From contig CANLGD010000009.1 of NCBI GenBank assembly GCA_947490145.1, positions 337 through 64,336 of the forward strand: 64,000 nt of DNA, read 5' to 3'. The position numbers were made by a program, and so were the translations under genes. Positions 10,009-20,880 of the stretch are shown in pieces. The notes under the pieces were generated by a model. The model was not told the origin of the DNA. It ran no database searches and saw only the letters and a program-made list of their open reading frames with translations. How positions within the stretch are numbered: the stretch's first letter is position 1; every line of letters begins with the position of its first letter. The DNA is from Flavobacteriia bacterium (GTDB lineage: Bacteria; Bacteroidota; Bacteroidia; Flavobacteriales_D; Crocinitomicaceae).

Positions 10009-10046
10009 CTAAATAAAAAAAACCATTCATAACTTGAAAGGTTTTT
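10009..10046 (-). terminator. Weak intrinsic-terminator-like hairpin after the deacetylase gene
   Basis: On the transcribed strand the sequence reads AAAAACC-15 nt-GGTTTTT followed by a T-run. The stem is AT-rich, so confidence is low. Confidence 0.3.
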
Positions 10047-10099
10047 AATTAGGATGTTCATAAAAACATCTTTGTCATGTTAATTTTAACTATCGCTTC

Positions 10100-10855
10100 T
10101 TAATTCCTCACAAACAAAAAACGTTTTATTGAATTTTTAATATTTTGAAGAATTAGTTCTTTCATCCAAATTAAGCCAAAATCATTCCAACGTTGCGGAT
10201 GAAACGTAAACATGATTGGAGCTTTAAACTTTTTATTTTTAATTGCTTCCATCAATTCATTTGTCGCATGCACGTGAAAATTTGCTTTCACATTTACCTT
10301 GTCACGGACGCTAACTTTTTCTCCATCCCAGCGTCTTCCCGTATCAGTTAGATAAGTTACTTTAGCAAAATCAACATCAAAGTATGGCTCAGCAATAATT
10401 CCATAATCTTTGTAATCTTTTTTAAGCCACAAATCTTTTGAGTCAAACTTTGACATTGGGCTACCATGCATACAAATCGTTGAAACTGGTGTCAATTTTC
10501 TCAGTTCAATTAAATTTTTCTCAAAATCTTTCAGAGCTAAATCAATGTTCCCTTTGCAAGTTGTCAGATTCTCATAATGGTATCCAATTTCGTGCCCCAA
10601 AGAAGCGATTTCAAGAATTATTTTTTCGTCCCAACTTTCTGGAACTGCTCTGAAATAATAAGTTCCTCTAATTCCCAGTTCAGCTTGAATTTTAGCAAAT
10701 CTTAATGAATTTTGCGGCAATAGATCCACATCATGCCTTAAGACTATTCCGTTATCATTAGGGTTCTTTACGAAATCTTCAAAAGTTTGAAAAGAATAAT
10801 TTTGTTTGAGCAAACTTTCCAAAAGTTGCTTGTATATTTTAATTGTGAAATCCAT
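10100..10855 (-). CDS. Polysaccharide deacetylase-family (CE4-like) protein
   Basis: 251 aa. The motifs LRHDVDL and GIRGTYYFR, plus His-containing segments (GHEIGYHY), are typical of the polysaccharide deacetylase fold. Confidence 0.6.
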   Translation of the reverse strand: MDFTIKIYKQLLESLLKQNYSFQTFEDFVKNPNDNGIVLRHDVDLLPQNSLRFAKIQAELGIRGTYYFRAVPESWDEKIILEIASLGHEIGYHYENLTTCKGNIDLALKDFEKNLIELRKLTPVSTICMHGSPMSKFDSKDLWLKKDYKDYGIIAEPYFDVDFAKVTYLTDTGRRWDGEKVSVRDKVNVKANFHVHATNELMEAIKNKKFKAPIMFTFHPQRWNDFGLIWMKELILQNIKNSIKRFLFVRN

Positions 10856-10857
10856 TT

Positions 10858-11931
10858 TTAATTAAAGTTAAATTGATAATCAGGATTTTCCTTCATTATT
10901 TTTGCACTTGCAGGGTAATTTGAATAAAACCATGCAAAGAATGCGCTAACATCGATTTTATCGTTTAAAAGTTTTTCTCTACTCAATCGATACTCTTCTT
11001 TTAAATTTTTATTTCCTAAAAAATCATTTACAGTTTGAAATAATTTTTCTTCATCAACAGGATTTATTCCTATTGTGAGCTTATATTTATGCTCTAATTC
11101 TTCTAAAACACTTATTCGACCAGCGAAAGAATTAAACTTGATATTAGGAATTCCAAGCATGGCAGATTCAACTGTCATACTTTGACTATCACCAATAAAA
11201 AACTGTGAAAAAGCTAAAAAATGATGGATATCGCTCGGATTGATACTCAATTGATATGCTTTGTACTTTTCGGATAAAGGTTTTTCTGAAGTGATATAAA
11301 CAGCAAATTTTGCGGAAATTTTTGAAATTAATTCATCTAAAACCTTTTCGGAAATACCTTTTGCCTTGATGTCGTGATAAGCATTCAAGTTCACCAAGCG
11401 AATTAGTACAAAAGGATTTTCACCGACTGCCTTCTTAACAATCTCAAAGTTTGGCGTAAATCGATTAGGATGAAGATAAGCTAGTTTGTGAAATGATTCA
11501 TACTTTACTTGCTTATATTTAAAAAAACCGACATCAACAGAACCTGGAGTCAATATTTTAGTGACAAATGGATAAGTAATCAAACCTTGTATAAAGGTAT
11601 ATTTAAAATCATCTTCTGCATTAAAAAAACCTTTTTTCCTATAAATTTTTGACACCCAAAATAATTGAGATAGGCATCCTATAAATATATCTGGTTTAAA
11701 TTGTTTTGCAATTTTAAAAAGTTTTACAGTACTAAAGAAAAGTTTAGCAATTTTATTTTGCTTTGAGTTTCCTATTATTTCATAAGACAAATTTTCATTA
11801 TCTAATAGCTTTTTAATAACATCCTTATCTGTAATTACTATTTTATAAGAATTTCTTTCTAAATTTTTAAAGAGCTCCTTATACAAATGAAAATGTGCAG
11901 GATGACCTAAACCAAAAATTATCTTCATCAC
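10858..11931 (-). CDS. DUF354-family protein (GT-B/epimerase-like fold, function unknown)
   Basis: 357 aa. The N-terminus [24 protein letters not shown] matches the characteristic HPAHxHxFK start of DUF354 proteins. Confidence 0.6.
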   Translation of the reverse strand: MMKIIFGLGHPAHFHLYKELFKNLERNSYKIVITDKDVIKKLLDNENLSYEIIGNSKQNKIAKLFFSTVKLFKIAKQFKPDIFIGCLSQLFWVSKIYRKKGFFNAEDDFKYTFIQGLITYPFVTKILTPGSVDVGFFKYKQVKYESFHKLAYLHPNRFTPNFEIVKKAVGENPFVLIRLVNLNAYHDIKAKGISEKVLDELISKISAKFAVYITSEKPLSEKYKAYQLSINPSDIHHFLAFSQFFIGDSQSMTVESAMLGIPNIKFNSFAGRISVLEELEHKYKLTIGINPVDEEKLFQTVNDFLGNKNLKEEYRLSREKLLNDKIDVSAFFAWFYSNYPASAKIMKENPDYQFNFN

Positions 11932-12416
11932 TTAAATTTTAATTCTTTTATTATTTTTGCAGGGACACCACCAACCACAACATTATCAGGTACATTTTGT
12001 GTGACAACTGCACCAGCAGCAATTATTGAATTTTGACCAATTACGACATTTGGAAGAATTATTACTCCCGCTCCAATCCACGAATCATCTCCAATTTTAA
12101 TATTTCCTTTAACTGGCTCTATGAAGTTCATTAAATTCGACCAATTACCATCTGAGGACAAAACAAATGTAACGCGTGGAGCAATTGCAACTCTTTTCCC
12201 AATAATTAATTTACAATCAGTCGTAGAATTGGGACTTATTACAATTAAATCTGAACCTACATATACTTTTTTATCTATTGAAAAACCACAAATTTTGAGG
12301 CCTAAAACACGAACTCTATTTAGTGGAAATCTTTTTGAAAGATATTTCCCAAACTTTATTTTAATTTTCAAAAAAATATTATATCGACTTTTATCTAACT
12401 CATTTGAATATGCCAT
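11928..12416 (-). CDS. Hexapeptide-repeat (LbH) acetyltransferase
   Basis: 162 aa. C-terminal hexapeptide repeats [44 protein letters not shown]. 4-nt overlap with the downstream gene. Confidence 0.8.
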   Translation of the reverse strand: MAYSNELDKSRYNIFLKIKIKFGKYLSKRFPLNRVRVLGLKICGFSIDKKVYVGSDLIVISPNSTTDCKLIIGKRVAIAPRVTFVLSSDGNWSNLMNFIEPVKGNIKIGDDSWIGAGVIILPNVVIGQNSIIAAGAVVTQNVPDNVVVGGVPAKIIKELKFK

Positions 12417-12418
12417 AA

Positions 12419-13426
12419 TTATTTAATTTTTTGAATAAATTTAAAAAGTTTGGACAAAATATTAAACAAAAAAGGAAAATGAGCAAACTCAAATCTGCCA
12501 AAATTAACTAATTCTCCACCAAATTTTTTTTTGTATTCTCTGACACCGTATTTAATATTTGGTTTGCCTGCTCCGCCAAAATCAAATTGGGTAAAATTAT
12601 TATTTTTTGCCCATAAAAATACTTCCCATGGAATTAAATCATTCGGATACTTATTGTAAGCATTAGAAAATGCACCAGCGTAATAATCAAATAAAACTTC
12701 TTTGTGCGCTAGACAAAGCATGCAACCAATTGTTTTATTTTCGTTTTTTGCAATAAATAATTTTAAAGAATTATTATCAAACAGGGCTTTAAAGTGAGTC
12801 ATTTTTGGTAGCGGTAATTTAGCTCTATCGTAAACTTCTTGTAGTATTAAATATGCATTATTTAATTCAATTTCGCTCGTCGAATTTTCAAAAATTGTAC
12901 CTTCCTTGGTTGCTCTTCGAATCTCATTTCTTCTTTTCGTATGAACATCTTTCCATAATTCTTCTTCTGATTTTTTTAAATCTACGACAATATTTAAATG
13001 GTCTTCGAAGATAAATTTATTTTTCTCAAATATTGATTTCTCTCCTGAAATATCCCCAAAATTTCTTATTTGGGTATAAATAGCAAAGGGTTTATTTTTT
13101 TTATAAAAATCTAAAAAAGCACTTAAAATTTTAGAATCGTTATTTTCAATTAATGGTCCGCCTGAAATAATATTTCTTGCACTCAATTTATTGAAAAGCG
13201 GCAAATTAATTTGAGTTTGATTGACAACCAGCATAGAACCAACTATTACATTATCTTTTGAAATAACAAAAATATAGGGTTTTAACTTTGGTGATTTCAG
13301 TGCAGCTTTAAAATAATTTATTGATTGAAAAAAATTAGTATTTGGGTGACTATCAACAAATTTACTTATTTCGGAAAATTGAAATTCAGTTGGAGAACTT
13401 AATTTCTTTATTACAAATTCACTCAC
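12419..13426 (-). CDS. FemAB/CelD-like GNAT-fold acyl- or aminoacyl-transferase
   Basis: 335 aa. The segments [24 protein letters not shown] and FDFGGAG resemble the FemAB / Acetyltransf_6 family. Confidence 0.55.
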   Translation of the reverse strand: MSEFVIKKLSSPTEFQFSEISKFVDSHPNTNFFQSINYFKAALKSPKLKPYIFVISKDNVIVGSMLVVNQTQINLPLFNKLSARNIISGGPLIENNDSKILSAFLDFYKKNKPFAIYTQIRNFGDISGEKSIFEKNKFIFEDHLNIVVDLKKSEEELWKDVHTKRRNEIRRATKEGTIFENSTSEIELNNAYLILQEVYDRAKLPLPKMTHFKALFDNNSLKLFIAKNENKTIGCMLCLAHKEVLFDYYAGAFSNAYNKYPNDLIPWEVFLWAKNNNFTQFDFGGAGKPNIKYGVREYKKKFGGELVNFGRFEFAHFPFLFNILSKLFKFIQKIK

Positions 13427-13428
13427 GC

Positions 13429-14760
13429 TCAGAAATTTTTAATAATGAATCGTCTTTTTCCTGAAGCACTTGCTTTAATTTCATCTTTTAAAACAATATC
13501 TATTTTGACTGCCTCATCGTCAATAATTTCACTCCAATAATTGAGAATATTGGCTTTAGTTTCATCATTAAATGAATCCTTAACAATTAAATTAATAACG
13601 ATTGAATTTTCTGAATTTTGAACTATTTGAAACTGTTTAACTTCCTCGACTTTAGAGAAGTAGATAGTAAAAATATGCACGATTAATCTTTTACCTTTTG
13701 GAGTAATTAGCACGTCATTATCCCTTCCAATTATTCTTCTTACGTTCAATAATTTTCTCCCACAAGAGCAGTCTTTTTCTTCCCATTCTAAAATATCTTG
13801 GGAATCATACCGAATAAATGGAGTTGTGAAATTCCATAAATTAGTGACAATGTGTCGCCCCTGAAAAACACCACTTTCTGTTTCAACAACATCAACAAAC
13901 TCAGAAAAAGCGTATTCCACAGCTGCATGATAAAATTCATGATTTTCACATTGAAAAAATGGTGCACTTCCCTCACAACTGTATCCATCGTAAATTTTAG
14001 CTGAAAAAGCTTTTTCAATTTTTTCTCTAGCTGATTTATGTAAAACATTTCCGGTAGTAGCAATCGCTTTTAGATTCATTTTCACATTATTTTCCAGGAT
14101 TATTTCAGCTAAAAACTCAAGTGGATCAGGATAACAACGAATAATTTTGGGATTATTATTTGCAATTATTTGAATAGCATCTTTTAAACTTTCATCATCA
14201 ATATCTTTTAAGAATAAATATTCATTATTCATTAATTTATCTTGCAGTTTTTTTTCCTTTGACGAACGTTGGTTTTGACTTATTTTAATGTATTTATCAC
14301 CCAATTTATAACCCATCCAAGACCAAGCCCGCAACCCAGCTGCAATGTTAAAACTGTAAGCATCTTTAGATAAAAAATATTGAAGCGGCTCACCAGTTGA
14401 ACCACTAGAAGATGCTCGCATAAAAGTTCCTTTTTCGCGTGATTTATCTGAAATTAAATCTGGAAAATTAGTTCTGATATCTTCTTTGGTTAAGATTGGT
14501 AATTTTTTCAAATCTTCAACTTTCTGAAAATCTGCTGGTTTTAAGTTTAATGAATTTAATAAATTTGTATAATATGGAACATTTTTATAGGAATGTTCCA
14601 TCAACATTTTCACGCGTTTATTTTGAAAATTTTCTAATTCACTTTTGGACCACCATTGACTTTTATTTAAAAAAGATAAATGTTTGGATATTGTTCTTTT
14701 CAGAAGAAAATCGCTTAAAGGAAGGATAATTATTTTCGTTAGAATACTTCTTACTGACAT
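13429..14760 (-). CDS. PaaK/CapK/F390-synthetase-like adenylate-forming ligase
   Basis: 443 aa. AMP-binding core SSSGSTGEPLQYF. Size and layout match the phenylacetate-CoA ligase (COG1541, CapK) family. Confidence 0.75.
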   Translation of the reverse strand: MSVRSILTKIIILPLSDFLLKRTISKHLSFLNKSQWWSKSELENFQNKRVKMLMEHSYKNVPYYTNLLNSLNLKPADFQKVEDLKKLPILTKEDIRTNFPDLISDKSREKGTFMRASSSGSTGEPLQYFLSKDAYSFNIAAGLRAWSWMGYKLGDKYIKISQNQRSSKEKKLQDKLMNNEYLFLKDIDDESLKDAIQIIANNNPKIIRCYPDPLEFLAEIILENNVKMNLKAIATTGNVLHKSAREKIEKAFSAKIYDGYSCEGSAPFFQCENHEFYHAAVEYAFSEFVDVVETESGVFQGRHIVTNLWNFTTPFIRYDSQDILEWEEKDCSCGRKLLNVRRIIGRDNDVLITPKGKRLIVHIFTIYFSKVEEVKQFQIVQNSENSIVINLIVKDSFNDETKANILNYWSEIIDDEAVKIDIVLKDEIKASASGKRRFIIKNF

Positions 14761-14770
14761 TGGAAAAAAG

Positions 14771-15778
14771 TTATTTATACAATTTAATAAACAATTCTGA
14801 ATTGCCTTTCCAAGAATATTTTTCTAAGCCAATTCGAGCAATTTTAATCATTTTAAGGGATTCAGATTGATTTTCTAAAGCAAATATAATCATATTAACT
14901 AAATCTTTCACATTTTCGTTTTCAAAAAGTAAACCATTTTCATAATTATCAATCAAATTTGGAACTCCACCAACATTTGAAGAAATAACAAGCAACTCAT
15001 TTTCAAATGCTTCAAGTAAAGAGATTGGAAAATTATCAATTTTCGGAGCACTTAACAGTATATCATTTTTTATTAAATAATTATTTACTTCAAAATTAGG
15101 AACTTTACCTACAAAATTAACATTTAAAAGACCCTTTTGATCACAAAAGTTTATTAAATTTTCTTTTTCAGTTCCACTCCCTAAAATAGTTAATGTTGCG
15201 TTGGGATAAATTGTTTGCACCTCCGCAAAGGCCTTCAATATAACATCAATATTGTATAATTTTTCTAAAGCACGAGTAGATATAAAATGTGGATTAATTC
15301 TTGTTTTATTTTTTGACTCCCCTACTGAAATTTCTTTAATGTTTGGAATTACGGTTGACTCTAAGTTGAATTTTAGAAAAATTTTTTCAAGGAAATTAGA
15401 TAAGATAACTATTTTATCTACTTTTTTAAGGAAAAATAAAACAATATTTTTATTTTTAGAAATGAAATTGTCTGCATCTCCACCATGATATGTAAGAATA
15501 ATTTTTTTTCGAAAAAACTTCCCTAAAGTAATTCCAAAGATTGCGGGGAAAAATCCACCAAAATTAGAACAACAATGAATATGAATAAAGTCGGCATTTT
15601 TAAATGATTTTGTAGAACGAAAAAATAATAAAAACCTTTTAATAATGCCCAATTTTGTATTCAAAATAGTACATTGAAACAATGCTTTATCTAAGTTATT
15701 CATCAAAATATCAACTTGTCCGCTGATTCCTCCAACTTCGGAGCGATAATTAGTAATAAAAAGTATTTTTTTTGTCAT
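14771..15778 (-). CDS. Glycosyltransferase, GT4 family (GT-B)
   Basis: 335 aa. C-terminal EX7E-type region ISLLEAFENELLVISSNVGGVPNLIDNYENGLLFE. Confidence 0.8.
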   Translation of the reverse strand: MTKKILFITNYRSEVGGISGQVDILMNNLDKALFQCTILNTKLGIIKRFLLFFRSTKSFKNADFIHIHCCSNFGGFFPAIFGITLGKFFRKKIILTYHGGDADNFISKNKNIVLFFLKKVDKIVILSNFLEKIFLKFNLESTVIPNIKEISVGESKNKTRINPHFISTRALEKLYNIDVILKAFAEVQTIYPNATLTILGSGTEKENLINFCDQKGLLNVNFVGKVPNFEVNNYLIKNDILLSAPKIDNFPISLLEAFENELLVISSNVGGVPNLIDNYENGLLFENENVKDLVNMIIFALENQSESLKMIKIARIGLEKYSWKGNSELFIKLYK

Positions 15779-17187
15779 ACTGCTCCCCTTCCTGCTAATT
15801 TAAAATAATTCCAACCAATGATAATTGCGCCAACAAGAAAAAGATAAGGCACATAATATTTTGCCGATTTTTTATTAATTTTAGAAATTCCAAAAGCAGT
15901 CAAAATTAATAAAATTGGATATATTGGCATGTGAAATCTTTCAGAAATTGCAAATTTACTCAAGGCTAAAATCCCTAAATAGATTAGCAAAAAAGCCAAA
16001 ATTAAAATGTGCTTTTTAAACTCTTTCGTTTTTATTAATAAAATTAATGCGAGTAAAATAAAAAATCCGATAATATTTTTAACCACAAAACCTCCATTCA
16101 GCATCATTTGATTTTGTTGCGTTTCTACATTAACTAAGGTAGGAAAAGGTGCAATAAGCATAAAGGGAGCAAAAATTGCTGATGTTCCATACTTTGAAAA
16201 TTTGTTGCCGTCTGCTACTTCAGCGCGAGCTTTCATTGATTGTAATTGATTTGTACCTCTATCTTCCCAATATTTTGAAATTTCATTTTGAAGGGCTCCA
16301 CCTAAAAGTAAAAGTAGAGCAACAGTTGCCCAAATTCCAATTGCAATTTTTTTTCCAGTTTGAATAAATCTATTTTCACTCAATAATAATACTGAAAATA
16401 GAGCAAAAAAAGCACTAACTCCAACAATCGTTCTCAAGAAAAAAAGTGAAAAGCCTACACTTATCACCAAAAGCAAATTCAAATATGAAAAATGTTGATT
16501 CCTAATTAAGTTATCTCCCCTTTCTATAAAAAGTGAAATGAGAAAAATCATTTCTGTTTCTTTCACATGGAGTCCACAATAATAAATAAAACTTGGAAAT
16601 AGCATTGCTAAAAGTCCAGCAATTCTAGCTGTTTGTTCTCCAAAATTATTTCTACAAATCTTAAAAATCAAAATACATGTATAAGCGCTTAAAATTGCCT
16701 TCATGATGCGAGTAAACAAGATGCTATTGTCAGAAATAAAATAAATTATCGACAAATAAACGGGATAACCAGCATCAGAGTACCTTTCTCCGATGTAAGG
16801 ACCATATTTTGAAATTAATTGTTGATTTTGATACAATTTATTTATCCAAATTGCTTCATTGTGATATCCAAAGGCGTCAGCAGACTGAAATTCAAATGGA
16901 ATTCCTGTCATGCTATCATAAAAAAAATAGGTGAAGATCACATAAATTACTCTAATTATTAAAGCTGTAAAAAACAACTTTTTAATAAAATCTTTCGTAG
17001 AAATTTTATTCCATTTTAAAGATAAATTAGACGAAAAATAGAAAAAACAAACCACTTCAATCAACCCAAAAATCATCCAATGTATCGGCATTATTTTATC
17101 TATAAAAAAGATTGAAATAATAAATAATAGCGAGATATAAAGCACGATCGCTTTAGTACTAAAATATTTTGGGAAAATTGTATTCAA
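15775..17187 (-). CDS. Polytopic membrane protein; candidate O-antigen polymerase/ligase or GT-C-type glycosyltransferase
   Basis: 470 aa with more than 10 hydrophobic segments, placed inside a glycan locus. I recognise no specific catalytic motif. Confidence 0.4.
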   Translation of the reverse strand: MNTIFPKYFSTKAIVLYISLLFIISIFFIDKIMPIHWMIFGLIEVVCFFYFSSNLSLKWNKISTKDFIKKLFFTALIIRVIYVIFTYFFYDSMTGIPFEFQSADAFGYHNEAIWINKLYQNQQLISKYGPYIGERYSDAGYPVYLSIIYFISDNSILFTRIMKAILSAYTCILIFKICRNNFGEQTARIAGLLAMLFPSFIYYCGLHVKETEMIFLISLFIERGDNLIRNQHFSYLNLLLVISVGFSLFFLRTIVGVSAFFALFSVLLLSENRFIQTGKKIAIGIWATVALLLLLGGALQNEISKYWEDRGTNQLQSMKARAEVADGNKFSKYGTSAIFAPFMLIAPFPTLVNVETQQNQMMLNGGFVVKNIIGFFILLALILLIKTKEFKKHILILAFLLIYLGILALSKFAISERFHMPIYPILLILTAFGISKINKKSAKYYVPYLFLVGAIIIGWNYFKLAGRGAV

Positions 17188-17188
17188 T

Positions 17189-17917
17189 TTATTTTGACTT
17201 TTTAAAAACTTTCTTTTTCAAAAGTATTAATTTACTTGTAATCTTTGGACCAATAATTTTTTTAAAAAAAATTTTTTTAATCTTGTCTTTACCTGAAATC
17301 CAGGAACCATTAAAATGATGAATGCAAACAGTATTTTCTGTTAATTTTAAAACTCCCGATCTTTCCTTAGCGCAAAAGTAATCTTTCGGGAAAATATGCA
17401 TGCAATCTTTATAGATTTGATAACTATTTTTTAAAATAAATCCATTTTCAGCCATAGACTTGGAAATAGTCTGAACATTAGTTTTAATGTTAAAACTACC
17501 ATCACTATTTATAAATTTAAGATCTTTGTAATATGAAATTTGTTCTTGAATCCATTTTCCATTTTTTTCGCTTGCAATCAATCCAGTTTGAATATAATTA
17601 TCAGTTTCAAATCCGCAAAATGCTGGTAAATTCAAAAACTGATCCAAATTTTTTACAACTTCAACATCAGTATCCATGTAAATCCCTCCTTCATGAAGAA
17701 GTGCATATAATCTGACATAGTCAGAAACGAAAGCATATTTTTTTGAATGATATGCTTCTTTAGCATAGATATTACTTTCTAAATCAAAATTTTCTTCATT
17801 CCACAATTTTAATTCATAATCTGGTAAGAAAATCTTCCACGATTCTATGCATTTTTCAGATAAGGCGTTCATTTTACCTTTTCCAAACCAACAATAATGT
17901 ATTACTTTCGGAATCAT
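17189..17917 (-). CDS. Glycosyltransferase, GT32-like (DXD sugar-binding region)
   Basis: 242 aa. MIPKVIHYCWFGKGKM, YVRLYALLHEGGIYMDTDVEV is the typical Gly_transf_sug/GT32 signature. Confidence 0.7.
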   Translation of the reverse strand: MIPKVIHYCWFGKGKMNALSEKCIESWKIFLPDYELKLWNEENFDLESNIYAKEAYHSKKYAFVSDYVRLYALLHEGGIYMDTDVEVVKNLDQFLNLPAFCGFETDNYIQTGLIASEKNGKWIQEQISYYKDLKFINSDGSFNIKTNVQTISKSMAENGFILKNSYQIYKDCMHIFPKDYFCAKERSGVLKLTENTVCIHHFNGSWISGKDKIKKIFFKKIIGPKITSKLILLKKKVFKKSK

Positions 17918-17926
17918 ACTATTAAA

Positions 17927-18880
17927 TTAATTTTTAATCATTTTTATAATATTTTGCTTTGTTCTTGAACCAAACACTTTTAATCCAAAATAAAATTCTG
18001 TCATAAATCGGGGGAACTTGTAGTAAAAATAATAAATAAAATCTTGTTTTGAGAAATCAATTTTAGATAAAATCTTTAAAACCTCCTTGTAATTTTCTTT
18101 TTTTCGATAAAAATTATGCAATGATCTGATTCTTAATCCATCAAGAAGGAATTTTAATTGAGAATTATTTTTTTCTATCTCAGCTAAATAATCCAAATTA
18201 AAAATAACATGTTCTTCTTTTTTCCACAATTTATTCCCTAAAGCACGGGAATTAACTTCTACATCTTGATTTGAATATGCCAAACATTTATTTATGAAAG
18301 CAAATTTATTTTTTAAAGAAAATCTCACCCATAAATCTAGATCCTCACCAAATTTTAGTTTAGAATTAAATCCACCAAGTTCTTCAAAGATTGTTTTTTT
18401 TACAACAACAAAGGAACAATTTACAGGAACCCAAAAAGTGTTTGAATAAACTTCATAATAATTGATATAACCACGTTTGAAATCTGCAGTAACTCCTATA
18501 TTAGCTGAAATGTTTTTTCCATTTTTCACTTTAAAATAAGAGCTTGAATAAACAGCAGCATTTGAAAATTCTGAAATTAAAGATTCCATTTCTAATAAAA
18601 AATCCTTGTGCCACCAATCATCTGCATCTAAAAAAGCAATGTATTCAAAAGAAGCTACTTCAACAGCGAAATTTCTAGCTTTGGAAACGCCAGCATTTTC
18701 TTGGGAAATTATTTTAATTCTAACATCATTGAAAATTTCCAATTTGGAAAGACTTAAATCAGTTGATCCATCATCAATAACAATTAATTCAAAATTTGAA
18801 TAAGTTTGGTCTAAAACTGATTGAACAGCTTTTTGAATGTACTTTTCTTTATTGTAAAGTGGAATTACTACTGAAAACAT
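17927..18880 (-). CDS. Glycosyltransferase, GT2 family
   Basis: 317 aa. FSVVIPLYNKEKYI, ELIVIDDGSTD, FLDADDWW. Confidence 0.85.
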   Translation of the reverse strand: MFSVVIPLYNKEKYIQKAVQSVLDQTYSNFELIVIDDGSTDLSLSKLEIFNDVRIKIISQENAGVSKARNFAVEVASFEYIAFLDADDWWHKDFLLEMESLISEFSNAAVYSSSYFKVKNGKNISANIGVTADFKRGYINYYEVYSNTFWVPVNCSFVVVKKTIFEELGGFNSKLKFGEDLDLWVRFSLKNKFAFINKCLAYSNQDVEVNSRALGNKLWKKEEHVIFNLDYLAEIEKNNSQLKFLLDGLRIRSLHNFYRKKENYKEVLKILSKIDFSKQDFIYYFYYKFPRFMTEFYFGLKVFGSRTKQNIIKMIKN

Positions 18881-18889
18881 TTTCTAAAT

Positions 18890-19693
18890 TTATAAAGATT
18901 TTTTTCTTTTCTCAATTTTAAATAAAACTCTTTCTAAAAACCAAACTAATTTATAAATTACTTTGTGTCTTTTTAGACGTTTCATCATTTCAATATCTTT
19001 CCAATAATTATCGTAATCCAACAAAATAGTTTTTGATAATTTTTCTTCTAAAACTTTTCTTCTTTCTGCTTTATCTAGTATAGAATTTGTTGAACTAATT
19101 CCAGTCATATCAAAAATAGTGACATCAATATCAACATATTTAACTGGTTCATTGCCTAAAGCTATTGCGTCTAAAAAGAATTTCCAATCAGAAACGATTT
19201 TTAAAGATTCGTCATATAAACCATATTTTGTAAACAAAGATTTTAGGATATAAGACGGAGAATGATTTAGCGATCCAATATAGAAAGGTAACATTGAATT
19301 TGTATTAATTGAAGTATTCTTAAATACTCTGCCAGTAGGCCAAACTTTTATCATGTTTCCATATAAAACTGATTCTTTACCTAATTCACTAAGCATTAAT
19401 GATGTAACTTCCTTATTAGCTATAAAATCTCCAGAATTTAAAAATTGTAAATACTCACCTTTTGCCGCCAAAATACCTTTATTCATTGCATTGTAGATAC
19501 CTTTATCAGGTTCAGAAATCCAATAGGCTATTTTATCTTGATATTTTTGAATAACTTCTTTGCTACCGTCAGAAGATCCACCATCAATGACAATGTACTC
19601 AAAATCAGCAGAGCTTTGATTTATAACGCTTTGGATTGTTTTGATTAATCCATCTGCATTGTTAAAATTAATCGTGATTATAGATAGCTTCAT
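18890..19693 (-). CDS. Glycosyltransferase, GT2 family
   Basis: 267 aa. LSIITINFNNADGL, EYIVIDGGSSDGS, FLNSGD. Confidence 0.85.
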   Translation of the reverse strand: MKLSIITINFNNADGLIKTIQSVINQSSADFEYIVIDGGSSDGSKEVIQKYQDKIAYWISEPDKGIYNAMNKGILAAKGEYLQFLNSGDFIANKEVTSLMLSELGKESVLYGNMIKVWPTGRVFKNTSINTNSMLPFYIGSLNHSPSYILKSLFTKYGLYDESLKIVSDWKFFLDAIALGNEPVKYVDIDVTIFDMTGISSTNSILDKAERRKVLEEKLSKTILLDYDNYWKDIEMMKRLKRHKVIYKLVWFLERVLFKIEKRKKSL

Positions 19694-20880
19694 TTTAATA
19701 ATTCATTTTTATTTGAGTAAAATGAATAACAATATTCTTCAACCAAACTCATAGCATTTAATTCATGTTGATATAAATTCAATGTGTGTGATTTAAAATC
19801 TTCATTCAAGTTTATCAACTTAATCTCTGATAAATTTTCGATAACAAATCCAAAATTATACTTATTATTTAATTCTTTAAAAATCCTAGAATTAAGCGCA
19901 ACAACTGGAATTTCTTGACTCATAAAACAAGCAAATTTCCCTGAGGCTAAACCCATTTCCTCAATGTTTCTTCCGGTATAAGGCGTAGATGAATCTTTTT
20001 CATATAATACTAAACCAAAATCTGCTAGGTGTAAAAAGCTTAAATATTCATCGTAGTCAGAAAATCTTGTTTTGTGAATTAAAACGGGGAAACCTTGTTG
20101 CTCTAATTCTAATAATTTGGAATGAATGGGATTTTCTAAATCAAACTCACTTTTTGAATGAACTACAATCAATTGATTTTCAGCTAAACCTGATTCCAGC
20201 ATTTTGATAATAAGCTCCCCACCACTCCATTTTTCCATACTTCCACTATGAAGTAAAACTATTTTATTTTCTGCAATATTAAGTTTATTTCTCCATTGAC
20301 TTCTGTTATCACCTTCAATTAATCCACAATTTGGCGAAACAGGAATCAAAAATGTTTTAAAATTTGTAGGGTTTAAATTATTTTCTTGAACTAATAATTG
20401 CTCTCTAACTTCATCTTGAATCAAAAGAAAATCAATAAATTTCGAATAATAAACTTCTTTTTCTTTTATTTTTCTGTAATAATCAAGGTTTTTCACTTCG
20501 TCTCTAAAAAAAATTTCAAATGAAAAATAATGCAAATTTAAACTACTCAAAATTCGTTTAATTCTTCCCGCGTAAATCAAACCAACAGGATCAATACCCA
20601 CAATATCCTTGATTTTATTTTTTTGACAAAATCGAACTAATTTTATTAAAAAACTAATTTTTGAAAACCAGGTTTTAACTTTTTTACTCCAATTAACTGA
20701 AAAATCTGGCAAATCAATGAAATTAATCTCATTTAAATGACTTGGAGCATCGATAACTTGTTTTGGAGTAAGTATTGTTACTTTTAATTTCTTTGACAAA
20801 ATCATTTTATCCAAAACAGCAACTAACGTTGGATTTGAAAATGTATCTCGATTTGGATTTATGAATAAAACCTGTTTCAT
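19690..20880 (-). CDS. Hypothetical protein, possibly a GT-B-fold glycosyltransferase
   Basis: 396 aa, translationally coupled on both sides (4-nt overlaps). The C-terminal half (IVLLHSGSMEKWSGG, IPVVALNS) loosely resembles a GT-B nucleotide-sugar domain. No firm motif. Confidence 0.35.
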   Translation of the reverse strand: MKQVLFINPNRDTFSNPTLVAVLDKMILSKKLKVTILTPKQVIDAPSHLNEINFIDLPDFSVNWSKKVKTWFSKISFLIKLVRFCQKNKIKDIVGIDPVGLIYAGRIKRILSSLNLHYFSFEIFFRDEVKNLDYYRKIKEKEVYYSKFIDFLLIQDEVREQLLVQENNLNPTNFKTFLIPVSPNCGLIEGDNRSQWRNKLNIAENKIVLLHSGSMEKWSGGELIIKMLESGLAENQLIVVHSKSEFDLENPIHSKLLELEQQGFPVLIHKTRFSDYDEYLSFLHLADFGLVLYEKDSSTPYTGRNIEEMGLASGKFACFMSQEIPVVALNSRIFKELNNKYNFGFVIENLSEIKLINLNEDFKSHTLNLYQHELNAMSLVEEYCYSFYSNKNELLK